A stretch of 64,000 nucleotides of DNA from Pecten maximus (taxonomy: Eukaryota), in contig NC_047026.1 of assembly GCF_902652985.1 (NCBI RefSeq), positions 9,734,001 through 9,798,000 on the forward strand, in the 5' to 3' direction. Below the pieces are notes generated by a model that saw only the letters and a program-made list of their open reading frames with translations, was not told where the DNA came from and did no database searches. Shown one piece after another: positions 1 through 13,279 of the stretch. Within the stretch, counting starts at the first letter, position 1. The number at the start of each line of letters is the position of its first letter. Both the position numbers and the translations under genes were made by a program.

Positions 1-2335
1 ATGTATGGTGTGTAAAGATAATGTATGATGTGTAAAGACAATGTATGGTGTGTAAAGACACTGTATGATGTAAAGACAATGTATGATGTGTAAAGACAAT
101 GTATGGTGTGTAAAGACAATGTATGATGTGTAAAGACAATGTATGGTGTGTAAAGACAATGTATGATGTGTAAAGACAATGTATGGTGTAAAGACAATGT
201 ATGATGTGTAAAGACAATGTATGGTGTGTAAAAATAATGTATGATGTGTAAAGACAATGTATGGTGTGTAAAGACAATGTATGATGTGTAAAGACAATGT
301 ATGGTGCGTAAAGACAATATATGATGTAAAGACAATGTATGGTGTAAAGACAATGTATGATGTAAAGACAATGTATGATGTAAAGACAATGTATGATGTA
401 AAGACAATGTATGATGTAAAGACAATGTATGATGTAACTACAATGTATGGTGTAAAGACAATGTATGATGTAAAGACAATGTATGGTGGAAAGACAATGT
501 ATGATGTGTAAAGACAATGTATGGTGTAAAGACAATGTATGGTGTAAAGACAATGTATGGTGTAAAGACAATGTATGGTGTAAAGACAATGTATGGTGTG
601 TAAAGACAATGTTGATATAAAGACAATGTATGGTGTGTAAAGACAATGTATGATGTAAAGACAATGTATGATGTAAAGACAATGTATGATGTAACGACAA
701 TGTATGGTTTAAAGACAATGTATGGTTTAAAGACAATGTATAATGTAAAGACAATGTATGGTGTAAAGACAATGTATGGTGTAAAGACAATGTATGGTGT
801 GTAAAGACAATGTTGATATAAAGACAATGTATGGTGTGTAAAGACAATGTATGATGTAAAGACAATGTTGATGTAAAGACAATGTATGATGTAAAGACAA
901 TGTATGGTGTAAAGACAATGTATGGTGTAAAGACAATGTATGATGTAAAGACAATGTTGGATGTAAAGACAATGTATGATGTGAAGACAATGTATAATGT
1001 AAAGACAATGTATGGTGTAAAGACAATGTATGATGTAAAGACAATGTTGATGTAAAGACAATGTATGATGTAAAGACAATGTATGATGTAAAGACAATGT
1101 ATGGTGTAAAGACAATGTATGGTGTAAAGACAATGTATGGTGTGTAAAGACAATGTTGATATAAAGACAATGTATGGTGTGTAAAGACAATGTATGATGT
1201 AAAGACAATGTTGATGTAAAGACAATGTATGATGTAAAGACAATGTATGATGTAAAGACAATGTATGGTGTAAAGACAATGTATGGTGTAAAGACAATGT
1301 ATGATGTAAAGACAATGTTGGATGTAAAGACAATGTATGATGTGAAGACAATGTATAATGTAAAGACAATGTATGGTGTAAAGACAATGTATGATGTAAA
1401 GACAATGTTGATGTAAAGACAATGTATGATGTAAAGACAATGTATGGTGTGTAAAGACAATGTATGGTGTAAAGACAATGTATGGTGTAAAGACAATGTA
1501 TGGTGGAAAGACAATGTATGATGTGTAAAGACAATGTATGGTGTAAAGACAATGTATGGTGTAAAGACAATGTATGGTGTAAAGACAATGTATGGTGTAA
1601 AGACAATGTATGGTGTGTAAAGACAATGTTGATATAAAGACAATGTATGGTGTGTAAAGACAATGTATGATGTAAAGACAATGTATGATGTAAAGACAAT
1701 GTATGGTTTAAAGACAATGTATGGTGTAAAGACAATGTATGAAGTAAAGACAATGTTGGATGTAAAGACAATGTATGATGTAAAGACAATGTATGGTGTA
1801 AAGACAATGTATGGTGTAAAGACAATGTATGATGAAAAGACAATGTTGGATGTAAAGACAATGTATGATGTGAAGACAATGTATAATGTAAAGACAATGT
1901 ATGGTGTAAAGACAATGTATGATGTAAAGACAATGTATGGTGTAAAGACAATGTATGATGTAAAGACAATGTATGATGTGAAGACAATGTTGATGTAAAG
2001 ACAATGTATGGTGTAAAGACAATGTATGATGTAAAGACAATGTATGATGTAACGACAATGTATGGTTTAAAGACAATGTATGGTTTAAAGACAATGTATG
2101 ATGTAACGACAATGTATGATGTAAAGACAATGTATGGTGCAAAGACAATGTTAGATGTAAAGACAATGTATGGTGTAAAGACACTGTTAGATGTAAAGAC
2201 AATGTTAGATGTAAAGACACTGTTAGATGTAAAGACAATGTATGATGTAACGACAATGTATGGTGAAAAGACAATGTTGATGAAAAGACAATGTTGATGT
2301 AAAGACAATGTATGGTGTAAAGACAATGTATGGTG
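1..2335. repeat. Minisatellite, ~18-bp unit GTAAAGACAATGTATG(A/G)T with 17- and 20-bp variants; runs off the left edge
   Basis: Over 120 tandem units are directly visible; they produce the KTMY(D/G)V and HHTLSL ORFs. Confidence 0.98.
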
Positions 2336-2439
2336 TATAATAGATCGAGCATTGTGTCTAACCTATAAATAATGACATTGCTTGTCTCAAACTTATTATA
2401 CACAATAGATTATGCACTTGTTATCAAACATAAAATGTA

Positions 2440-3250
2440 TTGGTCTTGTTTGCGTCGACTATTGATCCATATAAAGGAGACTTTGGTCATGCATGTTGGC
2501 CTTCAGACTACCTAACTTTACAGATGTGATTATTCGGAGAAAAAGTCGTCCTCTAGATGTGGAATTTAATCTCTTGATGAAGTTCTCCTAATACACTTGC
2601 TCTGCAATTATATGTTTAAAGAAAATGTGCCTGTAAAAATATGATATTAATAATCATATCCATTAAGTAATGATTTTGGCTCTACTCTCTGTTTAGATGT
2701 ATACGTATCCTTTGTTTCCCCACATGGGCTGAATTCTGTTAATAAACAAAAGGAATACTAGTGATACCATCGTCCTGTGCACCACAAATACAGAAACTGA
2801 CAGCTTCATCCCTGGACTGACGGCAACATGTATACTTTATAACACATCTACAGATAACATTTATCAGTGAAAATCTATACGGTGTTCTTACTCGAATCAA
2901 ACAATCCAGGTTCACGTTGTCACTGGAAGACGTAACCATATCGCTTCATTAAATATTTGTGTCTCCGAGACTTTGAAGGGAGCAATGATTATACCTCCGA
3001 CATAGCACTGTTGAGTTAATGCCAATGTGTTGTAATACACGACAAAAAACAACCTTCCTGAATATTTCATCTGGAGTTGTTGTGACTCACAGTAAACAGT
3101 ACATATAAACAGTTTGATGGAATACTCCCTGATATCTCCGTTAGCTTTGGTAGTGCCAGTTCCCAAGCATGAGGAGTTGGGAGTCTGGATTGTATCTATA
3201 GAGACTTGATCGATGACCTTGTGTAGCCATTGAAGTAGTCCCCGACCATC
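2440..3250 (-). pseudogene. Possible highly decayed Penelope-like reverse transcriptase remnant
   Basis: Minus-strand fragments in the expected order (DIREY / QQ..GGIIIAP / IWLR / LHQEIKF / KPT-like), broken by stops and frameshifts; weak resemblance only. Confidence 0.25.
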
Positions 3251-3970
3251 ATCTCCTCTTTATTGTGTTTATTAAATATGTATACTGCCCTTTGATATTG
3301 AAATATCCCCGAAGATTTTCAGTCTATTACCACTTAAATCATCTGCAGTAAACTGGAATAATGTTTATATTTGTGAATATGACAATTTCCAGATAGACAC
3401 CTGTGAGTTGTGACGAGGCGGCTTGGATGATAAGGTCCTAGGAGAGAGAACCATTAATTCGGACTGTACTTGGCATCAGAGTTAAAATCTAATTGGCTGT
3501 AAGTGGCCAGGTTAATGGTAGCGTCATCAATAATAATAGGCCACTGTGACCTAGTTTTACCGCGTTACACTACACCTACAAGTGATAGTGTATCTGATGC
3601 TGGGTGATGAAGTGTGGTAATGTCATCTTGTGACACGAAAAACTACCCATAAATAAGTTTTTACTTAGGAGGAAAGGAACAACAGGGAATGCACCGTAAG
3701 GAGTATGTCCGTTTGACGTTCCGATTGGACATTCCGATTGGACGTTCTTTAGATAGCTAGGCTCCGTCAGATAAATCAGTTTAGGTGCCAAAACTCATAA
3801 ACAAATCATGCTATCTCCATTTTGTTATCTGTTCGAAACTGTGATGACATACTAAATCACGTTACAAAAGCATAGGTTTCTGTTGTTCAAATCTAAAGTT
3901 TAAAATAGATTTATCGCGGACAAGATTTTGAGAAAGTGAGATAAAAAAAAACATTATACACTAACGAAGT

Positions 3971-4236
3971 ATTGACATGGCGTAAATTCTAATAAAACAT
4001 AATATACAAACGAAAAATTGACATGACACACATTTTAATAAAAATCATAATATTCAAATACAAAATTGTCATGGCGCAAATTTTAATAAAATAAACCAAA
4101 TAGATATACAAACAAAAAATTGACATGGCACAAAATTTAATAAAAAGTCATTGATATACAAACAAAAAATTGACATGGCGCAAATTTTGATAAAACACAT
4201 AATATACAAACGACAAGTTGACATGGGGCAAGTTTT
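3971..4236. repeat. Diverged tandem repeat, ~48-52-bp unit (TTGACATGGCGCAAATTTTAATAAAA...), ~5-6 copies
   Basis: Recurring TTGACATGG...ATATACAAAC blocks. Confidence 0.85.
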
Positions 4237-4572
4237 CGTCATTCGGATCAGGAGCAAGGTGGCATAATTTAACAACATCTCTGAAAATAGCTTGTTGATT
4301 ACAGCAGTAAACACATGACCTGTAAGTCTCGATGCTTTGAATTCTAGAGGAGAATGGATAGAACTATTGTGTCTCCACAAACTCGGTGATGATGTCATTC
4401 CAATGATAAACAGATGTTGTCTAGGCCAGGGAACCACGAATATGATGTTATGTTAAATGGTTATCATTGTCGGGATTCTTATACAATGTCACTCTCCCAG
4501 CGACAGATGTTCTGTCTCAGATTTCAACCATTCGTACACTAGCAATGAATTATTGTTACTTTATTGCAATAG

Positions 4573-5203
4573 CACGTGACGGTCCGATCTTTCACCGTCA
4601 CATTTCACTAACACGTGGCGTTCCGATATTTCACCGTCACATTTCACTTACACGTGACGGTCCGATATCTCACCGTCACATTTCACTAACACGTGACGGT
4701 CCGATATCTCACCGTCTTATTTAACGAACACGTGGCGGTCATATATCTCACCGTTATATTTCACTAACACGTGGCGGTCAGATATTTCTCTGTCACATTT
4801 CACTAACACGTGGTGGTCCGATATTTCACCGTCACATTTCACTAACACGTGGCGTTCCGATATTTTACCGTCACATTTCACTTACACTTGGTGGTCCGAT
4901 ATCTCACCGTCACATTTCACTAACACGTGACGGTCCGATATCTCACCGACACATTTCACTAACACGTGGCGGTCCGATATCTCACCGTCACATTTCATTA
5001 ACACGTGGCGTTCCGATATTTCACCGTCACATTTCACTTACAAGTGACGGTCCGATATGTCACCGTCACATTTCACTAACACGTGGTGGTCCGATATCTC
5101 ACCGTTATATTTCACTAACACGTGGCGGTCCGATATCTCACCGTTATATTTCACTAACACGTGGCGGTCCGATATCTCACCGTTACATTTCACTAACACG
5201 TGT
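4573..5203. repeat. 39-bp tandem repeat CACGTGACGGTCCGATATCTCACCGTCACATTTCACTAA, ~16 copies
   Basis: Directly visible; the unit has an internal GTGACGGT/ACCGTCAC inverted repeat and an E-box (CACGTG). Confidence 0.97.
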
Positions 5204-5542
5204 GTGACTAGATTTTGTGACCCCTATTTCTGATTTATAAATGGTGTGTATATCCAGATTCTGTGACCCCCATTTTTCTGATTTGTATGCGATGTGTCTA
5301 CCTGGACGTCAGAAAACATGCCCCGACTTTAAATGATAATTTATCCATTTCTTTACTTATTCATCCATATATATTTATTTATTTCATTTTCCTTTATTTT
5401 TGAGAAATCAAAATATCATGAAATATAAAACGATAGAAAGCAAATTTCATCAGAATTTTTCAAGGACTGATGACATTATAATTGACCGTTATGACGTCAT
5501 TGATGACATCGTCAAAAATAAGAAAATCTGTATTTGATCAAG

Positions 5543-5920
5543 ATGGATCAAATGAAGGAAATTCGTATTGATTTTGTGAACTATTTTTTAAACAGTAAAT
5601 CAACAAAATAATACACAGATGTTACACCTGTATCTAGGAATCGAATGTTTAGAATAATTTCAAAGTTTGAACAGCATGCAACAGTTGACGTCAGAAGAAA
5701 TGAATCATCTGAAAGAACAAAAACTGTAAGAAAAGATAGAAACATTGACAGTATTTGCGGCATAATGGATAAAACTTTTTGAACTTAGTGATGTCATTCA
5801 TTTTCTGATGAAAAAGGCATACTTTTACGCCGAGAAACCATTACATTACATAGCCAGAAAGTACCTGTTTGGGCAGCACGGATTATTTCTGGAATTATTT
5901 GACCATTTTTTTCTGAAGAG
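5543..5920 (+). pseudogene. Internally deleted Tc1/mariner-superfamily transposase relic (DUF4817-type N-terminal HTH)
   Basis: One frame from ATG 5543 with several stops: MDQMKEIRIDFVNYF...RIISKFEQHATVDVRRNESSERTKTVRKDRNIDSI...FSDE...LHSQKVPVWAARIISGII*PFF, matching the HTH, FSDE and LHxxKVxVW..GIIGPFF motifs. Confidence 0.7.
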
Positions 5921-6429
5921 ATAGCGAAACATCAACTTGACATGTTGTCTATATTGGATCTTTGTGATACTATTATATCCGGTCAGAATGAGTTTACGGC
6001 CGTGTTGAAGCTCTATAATAGATTATTCTATAAAATTTATATGGTTTCTCAAATAGAAGAGGAAATGGAGAAATCGTGCGTGTGATGTTGTTTCAAGTTT
6101 AGCCCAGCTTTCACCGTAAACTTAGAGTGCTACATATTAGACCCTTTGTAAACAACAACTTTGAATTATCAGGGTCATACATACTATGTCATGTACCAAC
6201 ACTCACCTCTGTTGACCAGGGCCCAAGAGCGCTTGGCAGCATAATCGTTGGCGTGGGTTCGGATCTCGCTTTCCGAATTAAGTAACTTGTAGCAAGTCTC
6301 TGATGATCGACGACTATAGGATAATTGTATATTAATAGTACTAATAAAGAATATCAGCTGTTAATTAACGGTTGCGTAAGTCGAAGACTAATATTCTGTT
6401 ATACACTCCCAACAAAGTTGTGATCTGAC

Positions 6430-6618
6430 TGAGGGCAGGAATCCTAGCCCCCGACTACTTACTCAGTCGAGACGTAATCCGGACTAGGGCAGGAATCCTA
6501 GCCCTCGACTACTGACTCAGCCGAAACTCAATATGAACTAGGGCAGGAATCTAAGCCCTTGATTACTGACTCAGTCGAGACGTAATCCGAACTAGGGCAA
6601 GAATCCTAGCCCTCGACA
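6430..6618. repeat. 54-bp tandem repeat (AGGGCAGGAATCCTAGCCC...), ~3.5 copies
   Basis: AGGGC starts at 6432, 6486, 6540 and 6594. Confidence 0.92.
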
Positions 6619-7310
6619 GCTGGGGTACATTATTTTAGGGAATTTATCCTTCCACTACTTATCCACACGAGGCGTAAATACATTGAATTTCTTCGAACCG
6701 AAAAAAAGAAAGAAAAAAAAAAAGAAAAAAAAACAACTGATTTTAGCTAAAACAGTGGACGTGGCTGTCTTAGATGTCCCTATAAGAGAGAAGACGCATA
6801 CAAAACTTCACAGCTAATGAAGTCCTTTCCATGGCTTCAGTTTGTTTGTCCGCAAATTGAAATCAATGGGGAATTGTCGGATTTCTATTACAGTAGCGAC
6901 ACACATGACAAGCTGAAATCTGACTAAAGGCTCCGCGGTCAAAGTCTTTATAAAGGATTTAGAACCGTATCGCCGATAAACTAAGGCTTCCATCTATAAT
7001 TTGATGATGACACAACGAGTTTAACTACAGCGGGGATTTGTTATCGAGCTTCTAAATATAGTATCGTCTTAAAGGTGTGTTGTAGGGCGGGAAAATAAGG
7101 GTGTATGGTAGAGCGGGAAAATAGGTGTGTGATTGGGATGTGGTACGGCGGGAAGAGAGTGCGTATGGCAGGGAGGGGCGACATGGGGATGAAAGTAGAT
7201 TCAATAATGTATTTCGATCGTGGTGCTTATATTATTGTGATCCTCTTTGAACCCCGGCCCCGCCCTTCAATGATTTCTCATTCATTATCCCTTCGCTTTT
7301 GGGTTCTTTG

Positions 7311-7535
7311 GGTGGTCGGTTGGCACAGTGGAAACACACTTTCCTTTCACCTAGGTGCCCGGGGTTCGAATCCCCGATCGAGCGTGAAAAGGTATGGTTC
7401 ACCTGCCCGTCTACGTGGATTTTCCACTTGGTACTCCAGTTTCCCTCACAGTAAGGCCCCTCGCGCGCTTCCATCAACTAGCGTGCTTAATATCATCTGA
7501 TATTACAATGTACTTGTTTCGCAATTATTGTAAGA
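7311..7535 (+). mobile_element. tRNA-derived SINE (tRNA-Glu-like head, V-domain-like core), family A copy 1
   Basis: A box TGGCACAGTGG, CTTTCAC loop, B box GGTTCGAATCC, core GGTACTCCAGTTTCCCTCACA; homologous to 41911-42140 and 60822-60965. Confidence 0.85.
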
Positions 7536-7924
7536 TAGACATAGTTTATATTCTGTTCCATATTGTTTCATCTACTTCACAACAAGGTTCCAATATGGCT
7601 GACTAATGGTGAAATCACAACCAAGCAAAATGGCAAAGACTTTTCAGTAACCATTCTGACAAATAACCGTGAAAGTTGGTACTCATATCAAACCGATCGG
7701 TTCATAATGATCCACATATTAACCGTGAAATGTGGTAATAATTAACATCTTTAATTAACAATCAAATACTTAATATCCTGTTTCCTTCTGTTGGTGGGTA
7801 ACCTGTTAGAGATCTGATGGTCTATTGCAGAATAATTTTTTTCCCCTGAATTTTGTGAGAAATGCTCACATTGAAATAAATAAGATGTTATGATATATTA
7901 TATTGGTAAGGTGAGATTATAAGA

Positions 7925-8648
7925 CTCTATCATATGTAGTCATGTAGGATAGGGATATTCCACCCGAGGGGTCACAAAATGTGGTAAAACCCGAGGCTCT
8001 GCCGAGGGTTTTACTACATTTTGTGACACAGAGGGTGAAATATCCCTATCCTACATGAACCACATATGATTGAGTATTTTTCTCTCATTCCCCAACCTAA
8101 AATATGCAAAAATAGGCACTATCTGTCGATAGCTTTCTCAGATAGACGCCATTTTTTCTCAATCCAAACTTTTTTCTACTGCATATAATAAAAAAAGAAC
8201 AGCGCCAATCGATTTACCACACCCCATATATGCAAACGTTGTTTGCTGTTCTAAAAACGAAGGAAACCATTCATTTCCACAGTCTAACGTTGTTTCAGCA
8301 GCCCTGTCATTGCAAGCGAAGCCAAATCACTTGATGTCGGCCAAGCTAGTGTGTCCTTTCGCGTGAAAATATAGTTCCATGTTTTATTAATAAAAAACAA
8401 TAAAAGAACGTGTTTTTTTTACATAATAATTCAATGTAAACAAATTTCCATTAGATCTGGCCTAGCACATGGAGCAGACGATGTGTTTACAAATCTATAG
8501 ATAGATCTACTTTCGGTTCGGCGACATACTTTTGTATCATTGCGCGCGCGTGGCTATCCTACACCGGAAGCGAGGTAATACACACACAGCAAGCATGGGT
8601 GTATTTACCTGCACAGACCAGTATGATACCGGTAGGGATGAGAGAAAT
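7925..8648. mobile_element. Non-autonomous element with a ~150-bp terminal palindrome (7925-8074) and an internal/terminal short inverted-repeat pair
   Basis: Palindrome centred on CCCGAGGCTCTGCCGAGGG; TTTCTCTCATTCCC (~8078) pairs with GGGATGAGAGAAA (~8635). Confidence 0.75.
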
Positions 8649-8721
8649 CACGTTATTTGATAGGTCGACATATCCTTTTATTTTCGTTCTGGAAGTCCAG
8701 TAGAGAACACTCTACTCTAAT

Positions 8722-9055
8722 AAATCATCAAGTCCCTGTGATCCGAATTATCCGTAACAAATTGTCAAGTCCCTGTGATCCGAATTATCCGTAACAAATT
8801 AACAGGTCCCTGTGATCCGAATTATCTGTAACAAATAAACACATCCCTGTGATCCGAATTATCTGTAACAAATTATCAAGTCCCTGTGATCCGAATTATC
8901 TGAAACAAATTATCAAGTCCCTGTGATTCGAATTATCTGTAGCAAATTATCAAGTCCCTGTGATCCGAATTATCCGTAACAAATGATCAAGTCCCTGTGA
9001 TCCGAATTATCTGTAACAAATTATCAAGTCCTTTGATTCAGATTATCTGTAAGAA
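8722..9055. repeat. 37-bp tandem repeat TCAAGTCCCTGTGATCCGAATTATC(C/T)GTAACAAATTA, ~9 copies
   Basis: Directly visible periodicity (8728, 8765...). Confidence 0.96.
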
Positions 9056-9744
9056 ATGCTGTCAAAATCTAATATACCAGATTCTCATGTCCCTGTACAA
9101 CATTGGTTGACAATTTCGTCACCCTGCCACGTAGTCAGCATTTTTGTACGGTATTAGCAAATCTCGGCTATTTTACGGAGAGTACAAATAACAGTGGGAT
9201 AGCGTTCTTTAATGTTTAACTCTAAAAGGGTTACTTATGATCCCATAAACAATAACCAAAGCCAGCTGTTATATGGCTAGACTTCAAAACCTACCAGAAA
9301 AGCATTTTCTGGTTTGTTTAGAAAGTTATAAATATTTAATACTCCGTCAAAATACATTCCAAGTTTTTTTGTTTTGTTTTTTTCAATTATGAATAAAGTT
9401 TAAATATTCCCAGCTGATGATAGATGTTTAGGTCGACGTACACAAATCGCCCCCGCTACAATTACCGACTTCCCAGCCAGTCCTTATTATCGGACTAATT
9501 AACTCATTAAATGTTGAAAAATTAGGTTTGTTAGCAGTGTGTTGTAAGGATGAAAGGTTTACTCGTGACATCAATTATAATTTTGTATATCATTAAAACC
9601 TCAAAGAGGAACATTCCAGACTCTAGCAAATTATTTTTTTCTTGAACATAATGAGTTTATAAAAAAACAAAAAACAAATAACTGATATGCATGGTAAAAT
9701 GTCAGAATATGATACGCCTTGGCATATTGGTAACATGGTCCGCT

Positions 9745-12700
9745 GACCAGTCGAGTGACGCTCTATAATATCAAGTCACACATGGGTACAATGTCCGGTA
9801 ACCAGTCGAGTGACGCTCTATAATACCAAGTCACACATGGGTACAATGTCCGGTAACCAGTCGAGTGACGCTCTATAGTACCAAGTCACACATGGGTACA
9901 ATGTCCGGTGACCAGTCGAGTGACGCTCTATAATACCAAGTCACACATGGGTACAATGTCCGGTAACCAGTCGAGTGACGCTCTATAATACCAAGTCACA
10001 CATGGGTACAATGTCCGGTAACCAGTCGAGTGACGCTCTATAATACCAAGTAGTCACACATGGGTACAATGTCAGGTGACCAGTCGAGTGACGCTCTATA
10101 ATACCAAGTCACACATGGGTACAATGTCAGGTGACCAGTCGAGTGACGCTCTATAATACCAAGTCACACATGGGTACAATGTCAGGTGACCAGTCGAATA
10201 TCGCTCTATAGTACCAAGTCACACATGGGTACAATGTCCGGTGACCAGTCGAATGACGCTCTATAATACCAAGTCACACATGGGTACAATGTCCGGTAAC
10301 CAGTCGAGTGACGCTCTATAATACCAAGTCCCACATGGGTACAATGTCCGGTGACCAGTCGAGAGTGACGTTCTATAATACCAAGTCACACATGCGTACA
10401 ATGTCCGGTGACCAGTCGAATGACGCTCTATAGTACCAAGTCACACGTAGGCACAATGTCCGGTAACCAGTCGAGTGACGTTCTATAATACCAAGTCGCA
10501 CATGGGTACAATGTCCGGTGACCAGTCTAGTGCCGCTCTATAATACCAAGTAGTCACACATGGGTACAATGTCCGGTTACCAGTCGAAAGTCGCTCTATA
10601 ATACCAAGTCACACGTGGGTACAATGTCAGGTGACCAGTCGAGTGACGCTCTATAATACCAAGTCACACATGGGTACAATGTCAGGTGACCAGTCGAGTG
10701 ACGCTCTATAATACCAAGTCACACATGGGTACAATGTCAGGTGACCAGTCGAATATCGCTCTATAGTACCAAGTCACACATGGGTACAATGTCCGGTGAC
10801 CAGTCGAATGACGCTCTATAATACCAAGTCACACATGGGTACAATGTCCGGTAACCAGTCGAGTGACGCTCTATAATACCAAGTCCCACATGGGTACAAT
10901 GTCCGGTGACCAGTCGAGAGTGACGTTCTATAATACCAAGTCACACATGCGTACAATGTCCGGTGACCAGTCGAATGACGCTCTATAGTACCAAGTCACA
11001 CGTAGGCACAATGTCCGGTAACCAGTCGAGTGACGTTCTATAATACCAAGTCGCACATGGGTACAATGTCCGGTGACCAGTCTAGTGCCGCTCTATAATA
11101 CCAAGTAGTCACACATGGGTACAATGTCCGGTTACCAGTCGAATGTCGCTCTATAATACCAAGTCACACGTGGGTACAATGTCCGGTGACCAGTCGAGTG
11201 ACGCTCTATAATACCAAGTCACACATGGGTGCAATGTCCGGTGACCTGTCGAGTGACGCTCTATAATACCAAGTCCCACATGGGTACAATGTCCGGTGAC
11301 CAGTCGAGAGTGACGTTCTATAGTACCGAGTCACACATGGGTACAATGTCCGGTGACCAGTCGAGTGACGCTCTATAGTACCGAGTCATACATGGGTACA
11401 ATGTCCGGTGACCAGTCTAGTGACGCTCTATAATACCAAGTCCCACATGGGTACAATGTCCGGTGACCAGTCGAGTGACGCTCTATAATACCAAGTCACA
11501 CGTGGGTACAATGTCCGGTAACCAGTCCAGTGACGCTCTATAATACCAAGTCACACATGGGTACAATGTCCGGTGACCAGTCGAATGACGCTCTATAATA
11601 CCAAGTCCCACATGGGTACAATGTCCGGTGACCATTCGAGAGTGACGTTCTATAATACCAAGTCACACATGGGTACATTGTCCGGTGACCAGTCGAATGA
11701 CGCTCTATAATACCAAGTCACACATGGGTACAATGTCCGGTGACCAGTCGAATGTCGCACTATAATACCAAGTCACACATGGGTACAATGTCCGGTGACC
11801 AGTCGAGTGACGCTCTATAATACCAAGTCACACATGGGTACAATGTCCGGTGACCAGTCTAGTGACGCTCTATAATATCAAGTCACACATGGGTACAATG
11901 TCCGGTGACCAGTCGAATGACGCTCTATAATACCAAGTCACACATGGGTACAATGTCAGGTGACCAGTCGAATGTCGCTCTATTATACCAAGTCACACAT
12001 GGGTACAATGTCCGGTGACCAGTCGAATGACGCTCTATAATACCAAGTCACACATGGGTACAATGTCCAGTAACCAGTCGAGTGACGTTCTATAATACCA
12101 AGTCACACATGGGTACAATGTCCGGTGACCAATCGAGTGACGTTCTATAATACCAAGTCACACATGGGTGCAATGTCCGGTAACCAGTCGAATGTCGTTC
12201 TATAGTACCAAGTCACACGTGGGTACAATGTCCGGTGACCAGTCTAGTGACGCTCTATAATACCAAGTCACACGTGGGTAGAATGTCCAGTGATCAGTCG
12301 AGAGTGACGTTCTATAATATCAAGTCACACGTGGGCACAATGTCCGGTGACCAGTCTAGTGACACTCTATAGTACCAAGTCACACATGGGTACAATGTCC
12401 GGTGACCAGTCTAGTGACGCTCTATAATACCAAGTCCCACATGGGTACAATGTCCGGTGACCAGTCGAGAGTGACGTTCTATAATACCAAGTCACACATG
12501 GGTACATTGTCCGGTGACCAGTCGAATGACGCTCTATAATACCAAGTCACACATGGGTACAATGTCAGGTGACCAGTCGAATGTCGCTCTATTATACCAA
12601 GTCACACATGGGTACAATGTTCGGTAACCAGTCGAGTGACGCTCTATAATACCAAGTCACACATGGGTACAATGTCCGGTGACCAGTCGAATGACGCTCT

Positions 12701-13156
12701 ATAATACCAAGTCACACATGGGTACAATGTCCGGTGACCAGTCGAGTAACGTTCTATTATACCAAGTCACACATGGGTACAATGTCCGGTGACCAGTCGA
12801 GTGACGCTCTATAGTACCAAGTCACACATGGGTACAATGTCCGGTAACCAGTCGAGTGACGCTCTATAGTACCAAGTCACACGTTGGTACAATGTCCGAT
12901 GACCAGTCGAATGTCGCACTATAGTACCAAGTCACACATGGGTACAATGTCAGGTGACCAGTCTAGTGACGCTCTATAATACCAAGTCACACATGGGTAC
13001 AATGTCCGGTTACCTGTCGAGTGACGCTCTATTATACCAAGCCACACATGGGTACAAAGTCCGGTGACCAGTCGAGTGGCGCTCTATAATACCAAGTCAC
13101 ACATGGGTACAATGTCCGGTGACCAGTCTAGTGACACTCTATAATACTAAGTCACG
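9745..13156. repeat. 55-bp satellite GACCAGTCGAGTGACGCTCTATAATACCAAGTCACACATGGGTACAATGTCCGGT, ~62 copies
   Basis: Directly visible; includes a duplicated ~555-bp (10-mer) block. Confidence 0.98.
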
Positions 13157-13279
13157 CAAATTTCATGTCGCATTACATCGTTCTAGGTCTTTAACTTTCC
13201 TTTATACTGATACCGATCCATTAAACTGACATTAAGACGGAACATATCTTTGATGAGACAGGACACATGTTTGTTGATA

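Noticed and set aside
281-2403. Long ORFs (up to 401 aa) in the first array
   Set aside because: By-products of stop-free repeat units on both strands; no gene context
7311-7385. tRNA gene
   Set aside because: Imperfect cloverleaf that continues into a SINE body found three times in the window
9745-13156. CRISPR-like appearance of the regular arrays
   Set aside because: No unique spacers, no cas genes, eukaryotic context
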